The notes under the pieces were generated by a model, which saw only the letters and a list, made by a program, of their open reading frames with translations, ran no database searches and was not told where the DNA came from. Source: Octopus sinensis (lineage: Eukaryota). Taken from it: a DNA stretch of 64,000 nucleotides. Below are positions 37,327-50,560 of the stretch, piece after piece; within the stretch, counting starts at the first letter, position 1; each line of letters starts with the position of its first letter. The position numbers and the translations under genes are program-made. The stretch is taken from NCBI RefSeq assembly GCF_006345805.1, contig NC_043001.1, positions 37,448,001 through 37,512,000 on the forward strand. Direction: 5' to 3'.

Positions 37327-37702
37327 ATTCTTTTACTTGTTTCAGTCATTTGACTGCGACCATGCTGGAGCACCGCCTTTAGTTGAGGAAATCGACCCCA
37401 GGACTTATTCTCTGTAAGCCTAGTACTTATTGTATCGGTCTGTTTTGCCAAACTGCTAAGTTACGGGGACGTAAACACACCAGCATCAGTTGTCAAGCAA
37501 TGTTGTGGGGGACAAACACACACACATATATATACATATACTTATATATGACAGGCTTCTTTCAGTTTCCATCTTTCAAATCCACTCACAAGGCTTTGGT
37601 TGGCCTGAGGCTATAGTAGAAGATACTTGCCCAAGATGCCACGCAGTGGGACTGAACCTAGAACCATGTGGTTGGTAAGCAAGCTACTTACCACACAGCC
37701 AC
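37327..37702 (-). mobile_element. Family A SINE, inverted relative to 36558-36972
   Basis: Full-length reverse copy. Confidence 0.9.
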
Positions 37703-38619
37703 AAATAAACAAATAAATAAATGTGATGCTAAACTTTCAGTGGTTGAAAAATAGAAGGAAAAAAAATAAACAAGAAACATTTTTAATCACCCAACCACAA
37801 AAAGATGAATACTTATAAAGATACATAGGAAGATATTTGAATTTTTTTTTTCTTTTGACTTCAGCATTTGATAAGACATAAACTGAATGCTCTTTTCTCA
37901 TTAACTACTGAGTAGGGTTGGAATTCCTGTAACTTCTTTTGTCAGTCCTAAAGAGGAAAAGCTAATTTGTGAATTGAAATCATAACCATTAGGTACCAAT
38001 GTAGAATATATAAAGTATCTTAGTCATTCTACTGCTATCATGAGATGAAATCACACTGCTAACATTTATGAAAATTAATTGGTTGGAGAAAAAAGTAGAT
38101 CCTTCCAGATTGGTAAGAGTTTGTGCATTTGATATTTCAACTTAAATTTGTGCAGGCTAATGCCTTTGCAGTTCTGGAGAGAAAGAATTGAGCAAGATGT
38201 TTTAGTGCAAGATTTCTGAGATGTGATATGGTAGGAAAGAGAAAAAGATGAAAGATGGGTGTATTGGGTGGAGATGGTATGCAGGTTGCTTGTTCTGAAG
38301 AGCAAAAGCCATTATAGCAGCAGTATATGAGGTCAAATGTTTGTAGCAGGTTAGTGAATGAATTATTTTGCCACACAGCCAGGCAACCATTTTTATGATT
38401 GTGATATAGGACATTTACATGTGTAGGAGCAACACCATTACTGATATATGAGACTATCATTTAGGTTGCATGTTGTTGATGCCTGTGTACAAGAAGGGTG
38501 AGGAGTGAAAAGTGGTGTAACCTGAGTGACATCATCTCCAACTACTCTTATCATCATCATCATCACCATCATCACCACCACCACCATTATTATTATTATT
38601 ATCATTATTATTATTGAGT

Positions 38620-39130
38620 GAGAGAGCAGTTCATGCCATCAAAGTGACACTGGGGTAAAATATACGAAGCCCAATATACCCATCATGACTACCCGTCTGA
38701 TAAAGGTACACCAGGCACATGCATCACAACCATATGTGCGCGACATGGTGATCTCATATCAAGATAAACAGCACATGACCTTGCAGGTGGGGCCCAGTTA
38801 GAATTTTCTTCAGGTTGAGTAGCCCATCCCACTCAAACGGTCCCTGAATAAGGGTTGTTTAAGGATGTTGAAAGAACCACCCATGTTTCCAGAGGTGAAC
38901 TATTCAAACCCCAAAGAATCCCTCTCAACACATGGCTATGATGCTCCCCCACTACTTCTGCTCGTGATCAGAGATGCACATATCGTCAGCCACTAAGGGA
39001 CATGCTCAACTGGTTACGGTCAAACAACTGACAAGCAAATCTGTGGTATTGAGCAGAATATTTGCTGTAGCCCATCTTTTATACCAAGACAAAACAATGT
39101 ACATGATAACACTTCCAATCAGTTAAGATC
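38620..39130 (-). mobile_element. Interspersed element of about 510 bp with an (AAT)n tail, probably a retroposon 3' end
   Basis: A more GC-rich block bounded by (ATT)n tracts on both sides. No ORF. Family not identified. Confidence 0.45.
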
Positions 39131-39343
39131 AGATTATTATTATTATTATTGTTATTATTATTATTATTATTATTATATTATTATTATTATTATTAACATG
39201 AACATTACTGCTGCTACCACCACCTTCACTACAATTACTACTACCAGTACCACAAGTACTATACTACTTCTAATCATGACTACCCAGGTGTAAATGTGAC
39301 TTAACCGACTATAGCTGAATGTCAATGTTTACTCTTATTTTAG

Positions 39344-39447
39344 TTTTCTTTTAAACCTGAGCACACATTTGATGAGTTACCAAACAGACATGAGAACTTA
39401 GCAGACATCATAAAACAACTGGAAGAGTGGAAAGTGGAATATGAAAA
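39344..39447 (+). CDS. LRRC56: LRRC56 coding exon F
   Basis: ttttag|TTT TCT...GAA AA|gtagga. Encodes FSFKPEHTFDELPNRHENLADIIKQLEEWKVEYE(K), containing the L..W motif. Phase 0 to 2. Confidence 0.8.
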
Positions 39448-40069
39448 GTAGGAATTTTTTTTTTTCTTTTTGTAATAATTTCATTGTTTATGTCAGATAT
39501 TAACTTAATCAATGACCTAAGATCTACTGGTTGAACACTTCAATTCAGCACATAAAAAATACCAGAATGAAATCATAATTAACTGATCCTCCTGTATTTT
39601 CTTTTACCCAAAGTCAGGAACTTTTCAGCACCCCCTCATATGTTTACCAAATAGACAGAAAATATAGTGAAAAAAATATATTAGAAATGTGAAAATAAGT
39701 GTGTAAATTAAGAGTGCATACTGTGCTGGAAGATAATAATTCAACAAGCATTGTTGTCCTCTCTGTCTGACTGTGAATAAATATTTACCTATTTAATGTT
39801 TTTATAAAACCTTTTATCATTCGTTTTTTGTTTTTTTTTTCATTTCAAAAAATGCTGATATTAACATGCATTATCATTGTCCATGCAGTGAATTTGTCTT
39901 ATAGTGAATTTCCCTATATAGTGAAATTTCTTATAGCAAATTTTGCTATGGAAAATTTTACCAAGGCAAAAATGTTTTTGGCGAATTTTCAGCATTTTTA
40001 AAGCAAATATCTATGGCACAAAATGAAACTAATCAAAAAGAATCGACTGTTTCTTCTTCCTGTCATTAG

Positions 40070-40445
40070 CACCATCTGAATGTGGCCGATGCCAGCGCCG
40101 CCTATACTGGCTTCTGTGCCGGTGGCATGTAAAAAGCACCATCCGAATCGTGGCTGATGCCAGCGCCGCCTTGACTGGCTTTCGTGCCGGTGGCATATAA
40201 AATGCACCAATCCGATTGTGGCCGTTGCCAGCATCGCCTGGCACCTGTGCAGGTGGCATGTAAAAAGCACCCACTACACTCATGGAGTGGTTGGCGTTAG
40301 GAAGGGCATCCAGCTGTAGAAACACTGCCAGATCAGACTGGAGCCTGGTGCAGCCTTCTGGCTTCCCAGATCCCCGGTCGAACCGTCCAACCCATGCTAG
40401 CATGGAGAATGGACGTTAAACGATGATGATGTTGATGATGATGAT
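40070..40445 (+). mobile_element. RTE 3' UTR fragment with (GAT)n tail
   Basis: Same subrepeat (GTGCCGGTGGCATGTAAAAAGCACC) and GTTAGGAAGGGCATCCAGCTGTAGAAA motif as at 15049 and 20320. Further copies at about 1185, 7450, 19855, 22865, 28520, 29475 and 32200. Confidence 0.85.
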
Positions 40446-40543
40446 CTTACACATATTGATGCATTTATCCTTTCATAATTGTTTTACTGTAAATATATAT
40501 TTTTTAAATATTTATTTCATTTGTACACTTTATAATTCTACAG

Positions 40544-40912
40544 ATGCCAAAAGAATATTAAAGAATCTTCTCCACCTCAAATACTGAAAATTGAAGAGGA
40601 TAACATTGAAGAATGTACAGAATTAGATGCTGACCCTTTGTCATGTTTGTCTAGCATTGATACTGAAGAGTACAATATTAATCTGTCTCAGTTTAAGAGT
40701 GAAAGCCTTAGAGAGGAAAGCTATGATGAAGACCCTGAGTCTACTAATGAAGTACATCATATCACATCTAAGCTTAAGAATATACCCAACTGTGATGTAC
40801 TTCCAGAAGTTAGGAAACCAAGCAAGTTTCCAAAACCTCCAAATTCTCAACAACACAGCCATCAACTTAAAACAAGACCTTTAAATACTTCGGCAAGTGA
40901 GAAAAGTGACCA
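40544..40912 (+). CDS. LRRC56: LRRC56 coding exon G
   Basis: ctacag|A TGC CAA...GAC CA|gtaagt. Open for 369 nt and includes ORF 40638-40916. Phase 2 to 2. Confidence 0.8.
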
Positions 40913-41356
40913 GTAAGTACTAATCTGATTCTGATGGTAAAAACATATGTGGTTAGTCAACCTACTAAAACAACAACTAAATCTCCTTGAATCACACCCT
41001 GCAATCTTAAAAAGAAGGACACATTGGATTATGTAATCTAGGTAAAAAAAGAACACATTTGATCATAGGTTTGCTCAACTGGGGTTTGCTAACCTGGATC
41101 TAAGCAACAACTAAATGCACGAAGTTATAATTTCTTATAACTGTTTTGCATCAGTTTTCCATTAGCATGCAAAATACATATGGTTTCCTAAGAACAAATT
41201 TCCCTTTTCCATCACTTTCCACTCATAGGTTCTTGCTATAGTTTCTTCCCAACCTTCAGTAGGCAGTATATTGGCAAAAATGTAAGCTCTCTTATTCATT
41301 ATCATTGCATACATTTGTGTACTTAAGTTTTAACTTAAGATATAATTTTTTGTTAT

Positions 41357-41662
41357 GAGCCCTTTTCAAGCCTAGCCAGGCTCATGGGCCCAGTTTCCCG
41401 GTTTCTGCGGCATATGTGTTCCCTCCAGCTGGACGGGACACCAGTCCATCGCAGTGTTACTCAAGAAACAGGAAGAAAGAGTGAGAGAAAGTTGAGGCGA
41501 AAGAGTACAACAGGGGTCGCCACCACCCCCTGCCAGAGCCTCATGGAGCTTTTAGGTGTTTTCGCTCAATAAACACACACAACGCCCAGTCTGGGAATCG
41601 AAACCGCGATCCTCCGACCACGAGTCCGCTGCCCTAACCACTGGGCCATTGCGTCTCCACTA
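41357..41662 (-). mobile_element. Family C SINE
   Basis: Reverse complement of 23487-23785. Confidence 0.85.
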
Positions 41663-41755
41663 AGGTATCATTTGCTAGTTTAATAAGTCATGTTTGTTGC
41701 ATTTTGTGGAAAGCATAATTCTCAGTACTATTCTTTTCTCTTTTTGATCCTCTAG

Positions 41756-41960
41756 ATTATCTTCAAAATCCTTATCATTCAAAGAACCTGTCATCAAGAA
41801 CAAGACTTATAGTAATAAACAAGAAAAGAAGCCACACTTGAAATATCTTACCCGACCTAGTTCTGCAAGGGCAGTCATTGGTTATACCAATGCCTCAACT
41901 TTATTACCTTCATTACCATCCATATCCATCAAACAAAAACTACACCCCCCATCCAATTAA
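41756..41960 (+). CDS. LRRC56: LRRC56 terminal coding exon H (stop TAA 41958-41960)
   Basis: Polypyrimidine tract, then ctag|A TTA TCT...LTRPSSARAV...HPPSN*. Phase 2 matches exon G. AATAAA at 41968-41973. Confidence 0.75.
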
Positions 41961-42510
41961 TTCTTTCAATAAATATAATTAACAACATAAAGTGTTGTTT
42001 TAATTACCTGCTTATTAAATACATGTTCTCTAAAAGTTTTACTGTTAAAAAAAAACAAGGTAATTCTCAAATTTCGCAAAGCTACAGATTGAACCTTTTT
42101 CATACTAACCTACCTAAAACCACCCCTTATTTTATGGTACAAACTTATTTTAAAGTGATCTCAATTAAAGCCTTCCATCAAATTTCATGTTCATTTATGT
42201 TTCAAACATCAGTTATTTTAGTAAATTCTGTGTTATTTTGAAAATTAATTGAAATAAATGCAGTGTCTTTCAACAGAAATTATCATTATCATGATCAATT
42301 TAGCATCCACTTTTCCATGCTGGCATAGATTGGGGGGAATTTGTAGAAGGGGATTTTCTATGGCTAGATGTCTTTCCTGTTTCTAACTCTTGTCTGTTTT
42401 CATGGAAGACCGGAAATGAAAAACACTACTAGCATAATGGTGACACAACTATCATGCAATGTCAAAGGAAGCAGACAGTAACACACACACACACAGGTAT
42501 TCTTCAGTTT

Positions 42511-42739
42511 CTTATTTCTTTATTGCTCAGAAGGGGCTAAACATATTGGGGACAAACAAGGACAGACAATGGGATTAAGTCAATTACATCAACCCCAGTG
42601 CATAACTGGTACTTTATTTATCGATCCCGAAAGGATGAAAGGCAAAGTCAACCTCGGCAGAATTTGAACTCAGAACGTAATGGCAGAGGAAATGCCGCTA
42701 AGCATTTCACCCGGCGTGCTAACGCTTCTGCCAGCTCAC
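42511..42739 (-). mobile_element. Family B SINE with 17-bp TSD, nested in a degenerate family A SINE
   Basis: CAGGTATTCTTCAGTTT (42494-42510) and CAGGTATCCTTCAGTTT (42740-42756). Confidence 0.85.
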
Positions 42740-43777
42740 CAGGTATCCTTCAGTTTCTGTCAACCAAATCCATTCACAAGTGTGACAGAGCTATAATAGA
42801 AGGCATTTGCTGAAGAGTACCACACAATGGGGCTGAACCCAAAACCATGTGACTGAGAAGCAAACTTCTTACCACACAGCCATACTTGCACCAAAATATA
42901 ATTTCCTAAAATGCAGACAGTTTCATAAAGTGCAATTTACACAGGATAAATTACTAATTCTACTTTAAATAACTTCATTTCAATGTTAGATAACATTTAC
43001 AGTTTAGACAATAAATATAGAGAGTTACTCCTAACTTGTGGTGTGATAGTGTGAGTTTATCTGTAAGAGATATTTTCATTTGCGAAATTCAAATTAAATC
43101 AAGAAATTTCCTTGTTAAGTAATACATGATTTTTTAAAAGCATCATATCATCCATCTGGTCAGTCTCTCTTGCTTTGCCTAATATAACACAAAAGGTGAT
43201 AGGGAAAACTGCTGTGAACTAGTGATTGGTCCATTAGAAAAAACTTTTACCAATGAGATTATTGTTTACCAATTGCAATATTAAATAAATATATGAATAA
43301 ATTCCTTTAAATTAAGGGAAAATGTTGAGCACAAATCCATTATATAATTTCAAAAATTGACAATTATAATTCCTTCTCAAAATTATTTGAACAATCTCAA
43401 CAGAAACTTCAAAACTCTTGCATTATTCTACCATTAAGATTTATTTTAAAGTAAGTACATTCTCTATATTAACCAGCTTTCATTGGTTAAACATGAAAGA
43501 GTATGTTAATTTATTTGTTCACGATTATGTCCATTTTCCTATGCTGGCATGGCTTGGATGAAGACTTGAGATAGTATATTATAGCCAGATGCTTTCTCTG
43601 TCATCACTGATATTTGCAAAATTCAGAGCTAGAGTCAATTGTTTATAGATAACATACACATGACATAGCTGTTCTAACTATGCTCTATGTCCTATGAAAA
43701 CCTGCAAAATGTCAATACACACACACATTACATAAACTCACATGCATACATACATACATAAATATATATATTATTTC

Positions 43778-43995
43778 TTTTTTTATTATTTGTTTCAGTC
43801 ATTTGACTGTGGCCATGCTGGAACACAACCTTTTAGTCGAACAAATTGACCCCAGGACTTATTCTTTGTGAGCCTAGTACTTATTCTATCAGTCTTGTTT
43901 TCCTGAATCACTAAGTTACATAGACATAAACATACCAATATCAGTTGTCAAGTGATGATGGTGGGGACAAACACAACACACACAAATATATACAT

Positions 43996-44065
<70 letters not shown>

Positions 44066-44226
44066 CGGGCTTCTTTCAGTTTCTGTTTACTAAATCCACT
44101 CACAAGGCTTTGGTCAGCTCAAGGCTATAGCAAAAGACACTTGCCCAAGTTGCCACACAATGGGACTGAACCCAGAACCATGTGGTTGATAAGCAAGCTA
44201 CTTACCACACGGCCACTCCTACACCT
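43778..44226 (-). mobile_element. Family A SINE
   Basis: Reverse copy with an expanded central (CA)/(TA) tract. Confidence 0.85.
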
Positions 44227-44763
44227 ATATATATATTAATTTGAATTCATGGTTTCTCACACAACAGGTCTCCAACTATCAATTTGATGACACAGATGAT
44301 GTGGAAATAGTTGTGACAAAAGTAGATGCAACAGTGTACACACCAGAATATTTTCAAAGGGGATTTGAGAGTTAGGTTCAACAATGGTGCAAATACATCA
44401 CTTGTAACAGAGATGATGTTGAGTAGCACCTTTGTATAGAGGAAGGGTTACTCTACAAACATGTGCAATTTGAACATTCTATGTGAGTTAATAAAAAAAT
44501 TATGGCCACTTTTGCATAATTTCTTTATAACCATTGTATGTGTGTTTGTGTGTGTAGACACAAATGCACATGCAAGGTTGTTTCAATGTATCTGTGTTTA
44601 CATTCTGCATCCTCACATGTGAAGTATTGAGCAATAAACAGTGATATTTGTTGGCATTCTCTACAAACAAATTGTCCTGTGTTTCTGTACTTTTGAAGAT
44701 GCACAAGATAAAAATAAATTCAAGGTTAGTGATAGGAAAGATAGCTGTGAAATAATGCCTTAA

Positions 44764-45818
44764 CCCTTTAGTATTTAAACTGGTCATATCTGGCCTAAAT
44801 ATTCTACCTGTTTTATGTTCAAACTAACCAGATCTGGCTTCTCACACTTACCCTACAATGTCATTCTTAAACTAAACAATCACATCATCAAAATCTCAAA
44901 GCTACAAGATAATGCATGATTAATTCAAAATGATAATAATGAACGTTTTGTATACAGTACTTAGGTACACTACAACTCATCAGAAAAAAAAACCAAAACT
45001 GCATCAACAGTACACAGAATATGCACAGGAAGTGAACAGTAGGCGCAGGAGTGGCTGTGTGGTAAGTAGCTTGCTTACCAGCAACATCGTTCCGGGTTCA
45101 GTCCCACTGCGTGGCACCTTGGGTAAGTGTCTTCTACTATAGCCTCGGGCCAACTAAAGCCTTGTGAGTGGATTTGGTAGATGGAAACTGAAAGAAGCCA
45201 ATCGTATATATGTGTATGTGTGTGTGTTTATGTGTTTGTGTTTGTCCCTCCGACATCACTTGACAACCGATAGCGGTGTGTTTACGTCCCCGTAACTTAG
45301 CGGTTCGGCAAAAGAAACCGATAGAATAAGTACTAGGCTTACAAAGAATAAGTCCTGGGTTCGATTTGCTCGACTAAAGGCGGTGCTCCAGCATGGCCAC
45401 AGTCAAATGACTGAAACAAGTAAAAGAGTAAAAAGAGTAAGAGATTAAAAAAGATTTTAGAAAAAGAAACAAGATTGGGGGAGGGGGGCATCAGGTACTG
45501 TTAGTGAATTTCAGGAAACATGGAAGTTTTGAAAGATGAAGTGTCTTGACAGCTAACAAGGAATTACATGCTTCAGCAATTCTTAGTGTGAAAATGCTTC
45601 TGAAAGTCATGGGTGCTATGTTGTTTTTTTTGTTTTTTTTTTTTATGTAAGCATGTTCACAAATGTTAGACATATGGAATTCAAAAAGGTGCTTACGGTT
45701 GTTGTTGGAAAGACAGTGGATAATCTTGTGGATGTTTACTAAGTCAGTTGCCAGACATCAGAGCTTTAATGCAAATAAATAAGTACCACATTTGATAGAG
45801 TAATGAAATGCTAAAAGG
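44764..45818. mobile_element. piggyBac-type MITE expanded by a nested SINE A (45041-45445) and a CR1 remnant (about 45470-45770)
   Basis: TTAA|CCCTTTAGTATTT ... AAATGCTAAAAGG|TTAA. Confidence 0.7.
45041..45445 (+). mobile_element. Family A SINE
   Basis: Full-length copy. Confidence 0.9.
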
Positions 45819-46465
45819 TTAAGATATATTTGTCCAACTTATGCTGGCATAAAAAAAATTAAAAAAAAAAGACATATAAAACAAATAAGGGAATATATTA
45901 CAAGTAAACCAACTTCTTATAAATCTTATTTAAAGGCAATCCTTGCTTTCCTGATGTCATGCAAATTCATTCCCCCACTCCATATGTATTCATGCTACTT
46001 AGACTACTGATTTAGTATACACTCCATGATTTACTATGGAAGTATTAAAATTATGAAGCATTAACTTTTCCATTGAAATTTGCTCCATGGACAAGGAATG
46101 TAAAATAGGATTAAATAACTGAGTTCCTTTACAATGAGCTGAATCAGAAATTCTCAAATAGTGACTCCACCTAAATGTATTATATTCTGACTTTTGTGAT
46201 GTCAGATCAAATTCATTTTCTTCATATGTATTTGGAATACAAGAAATTACAATGAGAAAATGTCATACTCTCAATTCAGAATTATTTTTAGCTTATTACT
46301 AAAGATTTGCCAAATATGAATTTATTACACTAATATTTTGACCTTCATTTCAACTTTATAAAAATTCTTTTCACATTTAAACTCATCATTATCATTACTT
46401 ATTCTGTTGATTATGACAAGCATTCTAGTTGATCTGATCAATGGAGCAGCCTGTTGTGAAATTAA

Positions 46466-46646
46466 CCATTTCATAACTGCATTTATTTTGAGATGCTCTG
46501 TGTTTCTTTCAATTACTTTAAATATAACAAAAAATTTAGTAAAATAACTTGGTTATCATTAAGCTAGTGTTGGAAGATTTTAATTCAAAACTTATGAAAA
46601 CAAGACATTTGTACTCAGAGTCAGAGCCGGTTTGGTAACAAAAGGG
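46466..46646. mobile_element. piggyBac-type MITE inside a family D SINE
   Basis: Left TTAA at 46462-46465, right TTAC at 46647-46650. Internal sequence matches 26182-26401. Confidence 0.7.
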
Positions 46647-47247
46647 TTACTGTTCAAGTGGCTGAGCATTCCATAGATATGCATAACCTTAACATAGTTC
46701 TCAGGGAGACTCACTGTGACATGGAAATGACAAGGCTGGACCTTTGAATTCCAGGTACAAATCACTTTTGCCAGCAACATGAAATAAATTATTTAAAATA
46801 TTTTATTTCTATAATACTGTTAGGGGGCTCCCTACAAAGCTATATTTTCTCTACAATTTTAAATTGTATATCATCTCATCGTTTTCCCTTCTTTTTAACA
46901 GAAATAAACTATAGAGAGATAGGTAGTCCTACAGTTCTAATCACGAACTGGATTCAGTTCATTGTTGAGAACATATAATGCCACCAAAATACTTACCATG
47001 CAAGTGAATAAACATGATGATATCATTTTCTTAAACAGACAAGAGAAAGTAAAGGCATTTATTTTATTTCTGTATGGAGTAAAGTGTTCCAGTCAACGTA
47101 GTTGTGAAAAAGAATCCTATTTATCATTTCATTTCTGTAGACTTCTTGTCAGTTCTTTGGAGATTTTGATATTAATACTCATTGTTTTCTAAGCATAATA
47201 TTAATCAGTGACTCAAGATATTTCAGTAATAGTGACAATTTGTACCA

Positions 47248-47462
47248 CTCTTTTACTTGTTTCAGTCATTTGACTGTGGCCATACTGGAGCACCACCTTT
47301 AGTCAAGCAAATTGACCCCAGGACTTATTCTTTGTAAGCCTAGTACTTATTCCATCAGTCTCTTTGGTCGAACCACTAAGTTGCGTGGATGTAAACACAC
47401 CAGCATCAGTTGTCAAGCGATGTTGGGGGGACAAACACAGACACACAAACATATACATGCAC

Positions 47463-47519
<57 letters not shown>

Positions 47520-47688
47520 TACACATATACGATGGGCTTCTTTCAGTTTCCTTCTACCAAATCCACTCACAAGGATTTGGTCAGCCTGAGTCTATAGTAG
47601 AAGACACTTGCCCAAGGTGCCATGCAGTGGGGCTGAACCCGGAACCATGTGGTTGGTAAGCAAGCTACTTACCGCACAGCCACTCCTG
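47248..47688 (-). mobile_element. Family A SINE
   Basis: Full-length reverse copy. Confidence 0.9.
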
Positions 47689-47854
47689 GGAAGAGGACTT
47701 AGTTGATTAAATCAAACCCAGTACTTGATCATTCCTTTATTTTATCAGCCCTGGAAGAAGGAAAAAGCAAAGTTGACACTGATAAAATTTGAACTTAGAT
47801 TGTAAAGAGCCATAACTAACAACCTGTGACTTCTTATACATTAGTATTAGTATA

Positions 47855-49499
47855 CTAGCTTAAAAGCCACCCTATTGGACAGCTTTTAGGCTAGCTTCTG
47901 TACAACATCGGAAGTTCTCCTGGTTTCTGATTGCTCTAGTGATTCTGAATCCCTTACTTTTCTCATGTTGGCTACATTGGAAGCTCTCCTAGATTCAGCT
48001 TGTTCAGGTGTTTGTAATGCCCTTTCTCTCCTCTTGGTAAGAACATTTGATGTTCTCCTGGATGCAGCTTGTTCGGGAGTTTGAGAGTCCCTAAGTATTT
48101 GCATATTCTCAGCTTGGAGGCTCTCCTGGCTGCTGTTTAATCTGGGTTTTCATTTGCATGGGACTTTCTTTTCCTTGCTGCAGCATTGGCACTTTTGATT
48201 GTAATCTGGTTCTCTGTTGGTGGAGGTTTATTTTTACAAGGCATACTGCTGCCATATGTGATAGGCAACAATAAACTACAGAACTGAAAATTGATCGCTG
48301 CTTTTAAGTATTACATTAATATTTAAGCCTACCTTTTAAAAGTTCAATGATAATTCTTCTGCCACCACTTAATTTAAAGACTATTTGATGTATGTAGGTC
48401 CTTACTTTTCATACAAATAATTATTTCTATTTCATGGGAGACTTTCGCTGGATTTCACAATTTATTTCGATTATTCTCAAATTTATTTCCAAGTTATAAA
48501 AATTTTTATATTAATATGCTAACACCTACATAGTTATGTACATATGTACCAGTGGTGTGTGTCACACTTAGTTGAAAGGAAGAGAGAAATGAAACTTGTT
48601 AAACAGAAGTATAGTTGAAGTAAGAGGCAAAGCAGCAAAGAATAGGGAGTAAGAGGGATTGAAAGAGTGAGAGAGAGAGAAAGAGATAGAGAACATTGAT
48701 AGTGCTGAGAGGTAAGAGAAATATACTGCCTTAAATGCAGGAGAAAGGTTAGAGACAAGGAGACAGAGAGGAGGGAGGGGGAAGAGAGAAAAATATTTAG
48801 AGAGATAGATGGAGTGAACAAAAAGAGTGGATAGAGAATGATAATGAAAGAAAATGAAGCTATTCTCAGAGAAAATGTTGGAAAACTTTTGTTTTGGACA
48901 ATATATTACAAAGCCATGGTAACAGTTATTCAATGCTGTTTGAAAGGTATTTGTATAAAACTTCATTAAAAAATACCAATTTTCCTGAAAGTTATGTGGC
49001 GGAAAATGTTAAGTCGTGTGAATTTTCCAAACCTCCTCTCCCTAGCCCCTCAGAAAAATTTTTTCCAACAAACCTTAACACACACTCAATCAACAGGATC
49101 TAAGTGATTATTTATGGAATTTATGAGGCAATAAAGTCCGTGGGGTATACATCTGTAGATATGCCCATAATTGTTCGATAGTATTAAATGAAGTCACTAT
49201 TTACAGATGCTTACAATTTTTTATGCTTTCTGTGAAGTTTTCATGAGTCAAGCAAGTAAAAATTATTACTGTACAAAAAAATTTGTCGCAAAAAATTATG
49301 TAAAAAAATTGTCAAAACAATTGCAGTTATGAAAACTTGAGAATCCAAAATTTCAGGATTGCGGGTCCTGATTCAGCCCAGAATGTTTTTAATTTACTCA
49401 TGGAGTCAGCTAGATTCCAAAATGGTATATGGCGTCTAGGAATAAAGTTGTAAAAGTGTGACACACTGAGAAAATGACATTTGCATTTATTATATTAGA
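47855..49499 (-). mobile_element. Non-autonomous Helitron with a remnant repetitive ORF
   Basis: Minus strand A|TCTAATATAATAAATGC start. AAAAGC...GCTTTT hairpin, then GCTAG|T end, no TSD. ORF 47886-48104 has 21-aa repeats (RDSQTPEQAASRR.SN / RALQTPEQAESRRASN / RDSESLEQSETRRTSD) like Helitron Rep-helicase N-terminal repeats. Confidence 0.85.
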
Positions 49500-49778
49500 T
49501 ATATAATACACTATATGTCTATATATATTTTTATCTTTTGGAACTTGCACTCTGTCTTGCAAGCTACTTGGTAACCTCCCTCGCTCCAGTGGTATGAAAA
49601 CAGCACCAAGTACTCTCTGTAAAGTGGTTGGTATTTTGAAGGGTATCCAGCCATAGAAACCATGACTTTGACACAGACTTGCAATTTACTGGATTCTGTC
49701 AAATCATCCAACTTATGCCAACATGGAAAATGGTAATACATACATGAACACACACACACATATATACAGTACACTTTT

Positions 49779-50022
49779 AAAGGCAGTGAGCTGGCAGAAA
49801 CGTTAGCACGCCAGGCGAAATGCATAGCCGTATTTCGTCTGCCATTACGTTCTGAGTTCAAATTCCACCAAGGTCGACTTTGCCTTTCATCCTTTCAGGG
49901 TCGATAAATTAAGTACCAGTTACGCACTGGGGTCGATGTAATCAACTTAATCCCTTTGTCTGTCCTTGTTTGACCCTCTATGTTTAGCCCCTTGTGGGCA
50001 ATAAAGAAATAAGAAATAAGAA
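49779..50022 (+). mobile_element. Family B SINE with perfect 17-bp TSD
   Basis: ATATACAGTACACTTTT at 49762-49778 and 50023-50039. (AAATAAG)n tail. Confidence 0.9.
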
Positions 50023-50220
50023 ATATACAGTACACTTTTTTTCAGTTTCCATTTTCTAAATGCACATACAAAACTCTGGTGGACTTGAGGCCATAGTAGA
50101 AGACACCTGCACAACCTAAAACCATGTGGTTGGAAAACAAACTTCTTAATCACACAACAATATCATGACGGAAGCTCTCAAATCATGAAATTGTCAAGTG
50201 TCTACTTCCATGATAAATAT

Positions 50221-50560
50221 AGGAGTGGCTGTGTGGTAAGTAGCTTGCTTACCGACCACATGGTTCAGGGTTCAGTCTTCTACTATAGCCTCGGTCCAAC
50301 CAAAGCCTTGTGAGTGGATTTAGTAGACGGAAACTGAAAGAAGCCCATCGTATATATGCATATGTGTTTGTCCTCCCAACATCACTTGACCGATGCTGGT
50401 GTGTTTACATCTCCATAGCCACGCGGTTCAGCAAAAGAGACCGATAGAATAAGTACTAGGCTTACAAAAAATAAGTCCTGGGGTCGATTTGCTCGACTAA
50501 AGGTGGTGCTCCAGCATGGCCACAGTCAAATGACTGAAAACAAGTAAAAAAGAGAAAAAA
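50221..50560 (+). mobile_element. Family A SINE with an internal deletion
   Basis: Head, body and tail motifs present. About 30 bp of the head after GGGTTCAGTC is missing. Confidence 0.85.
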
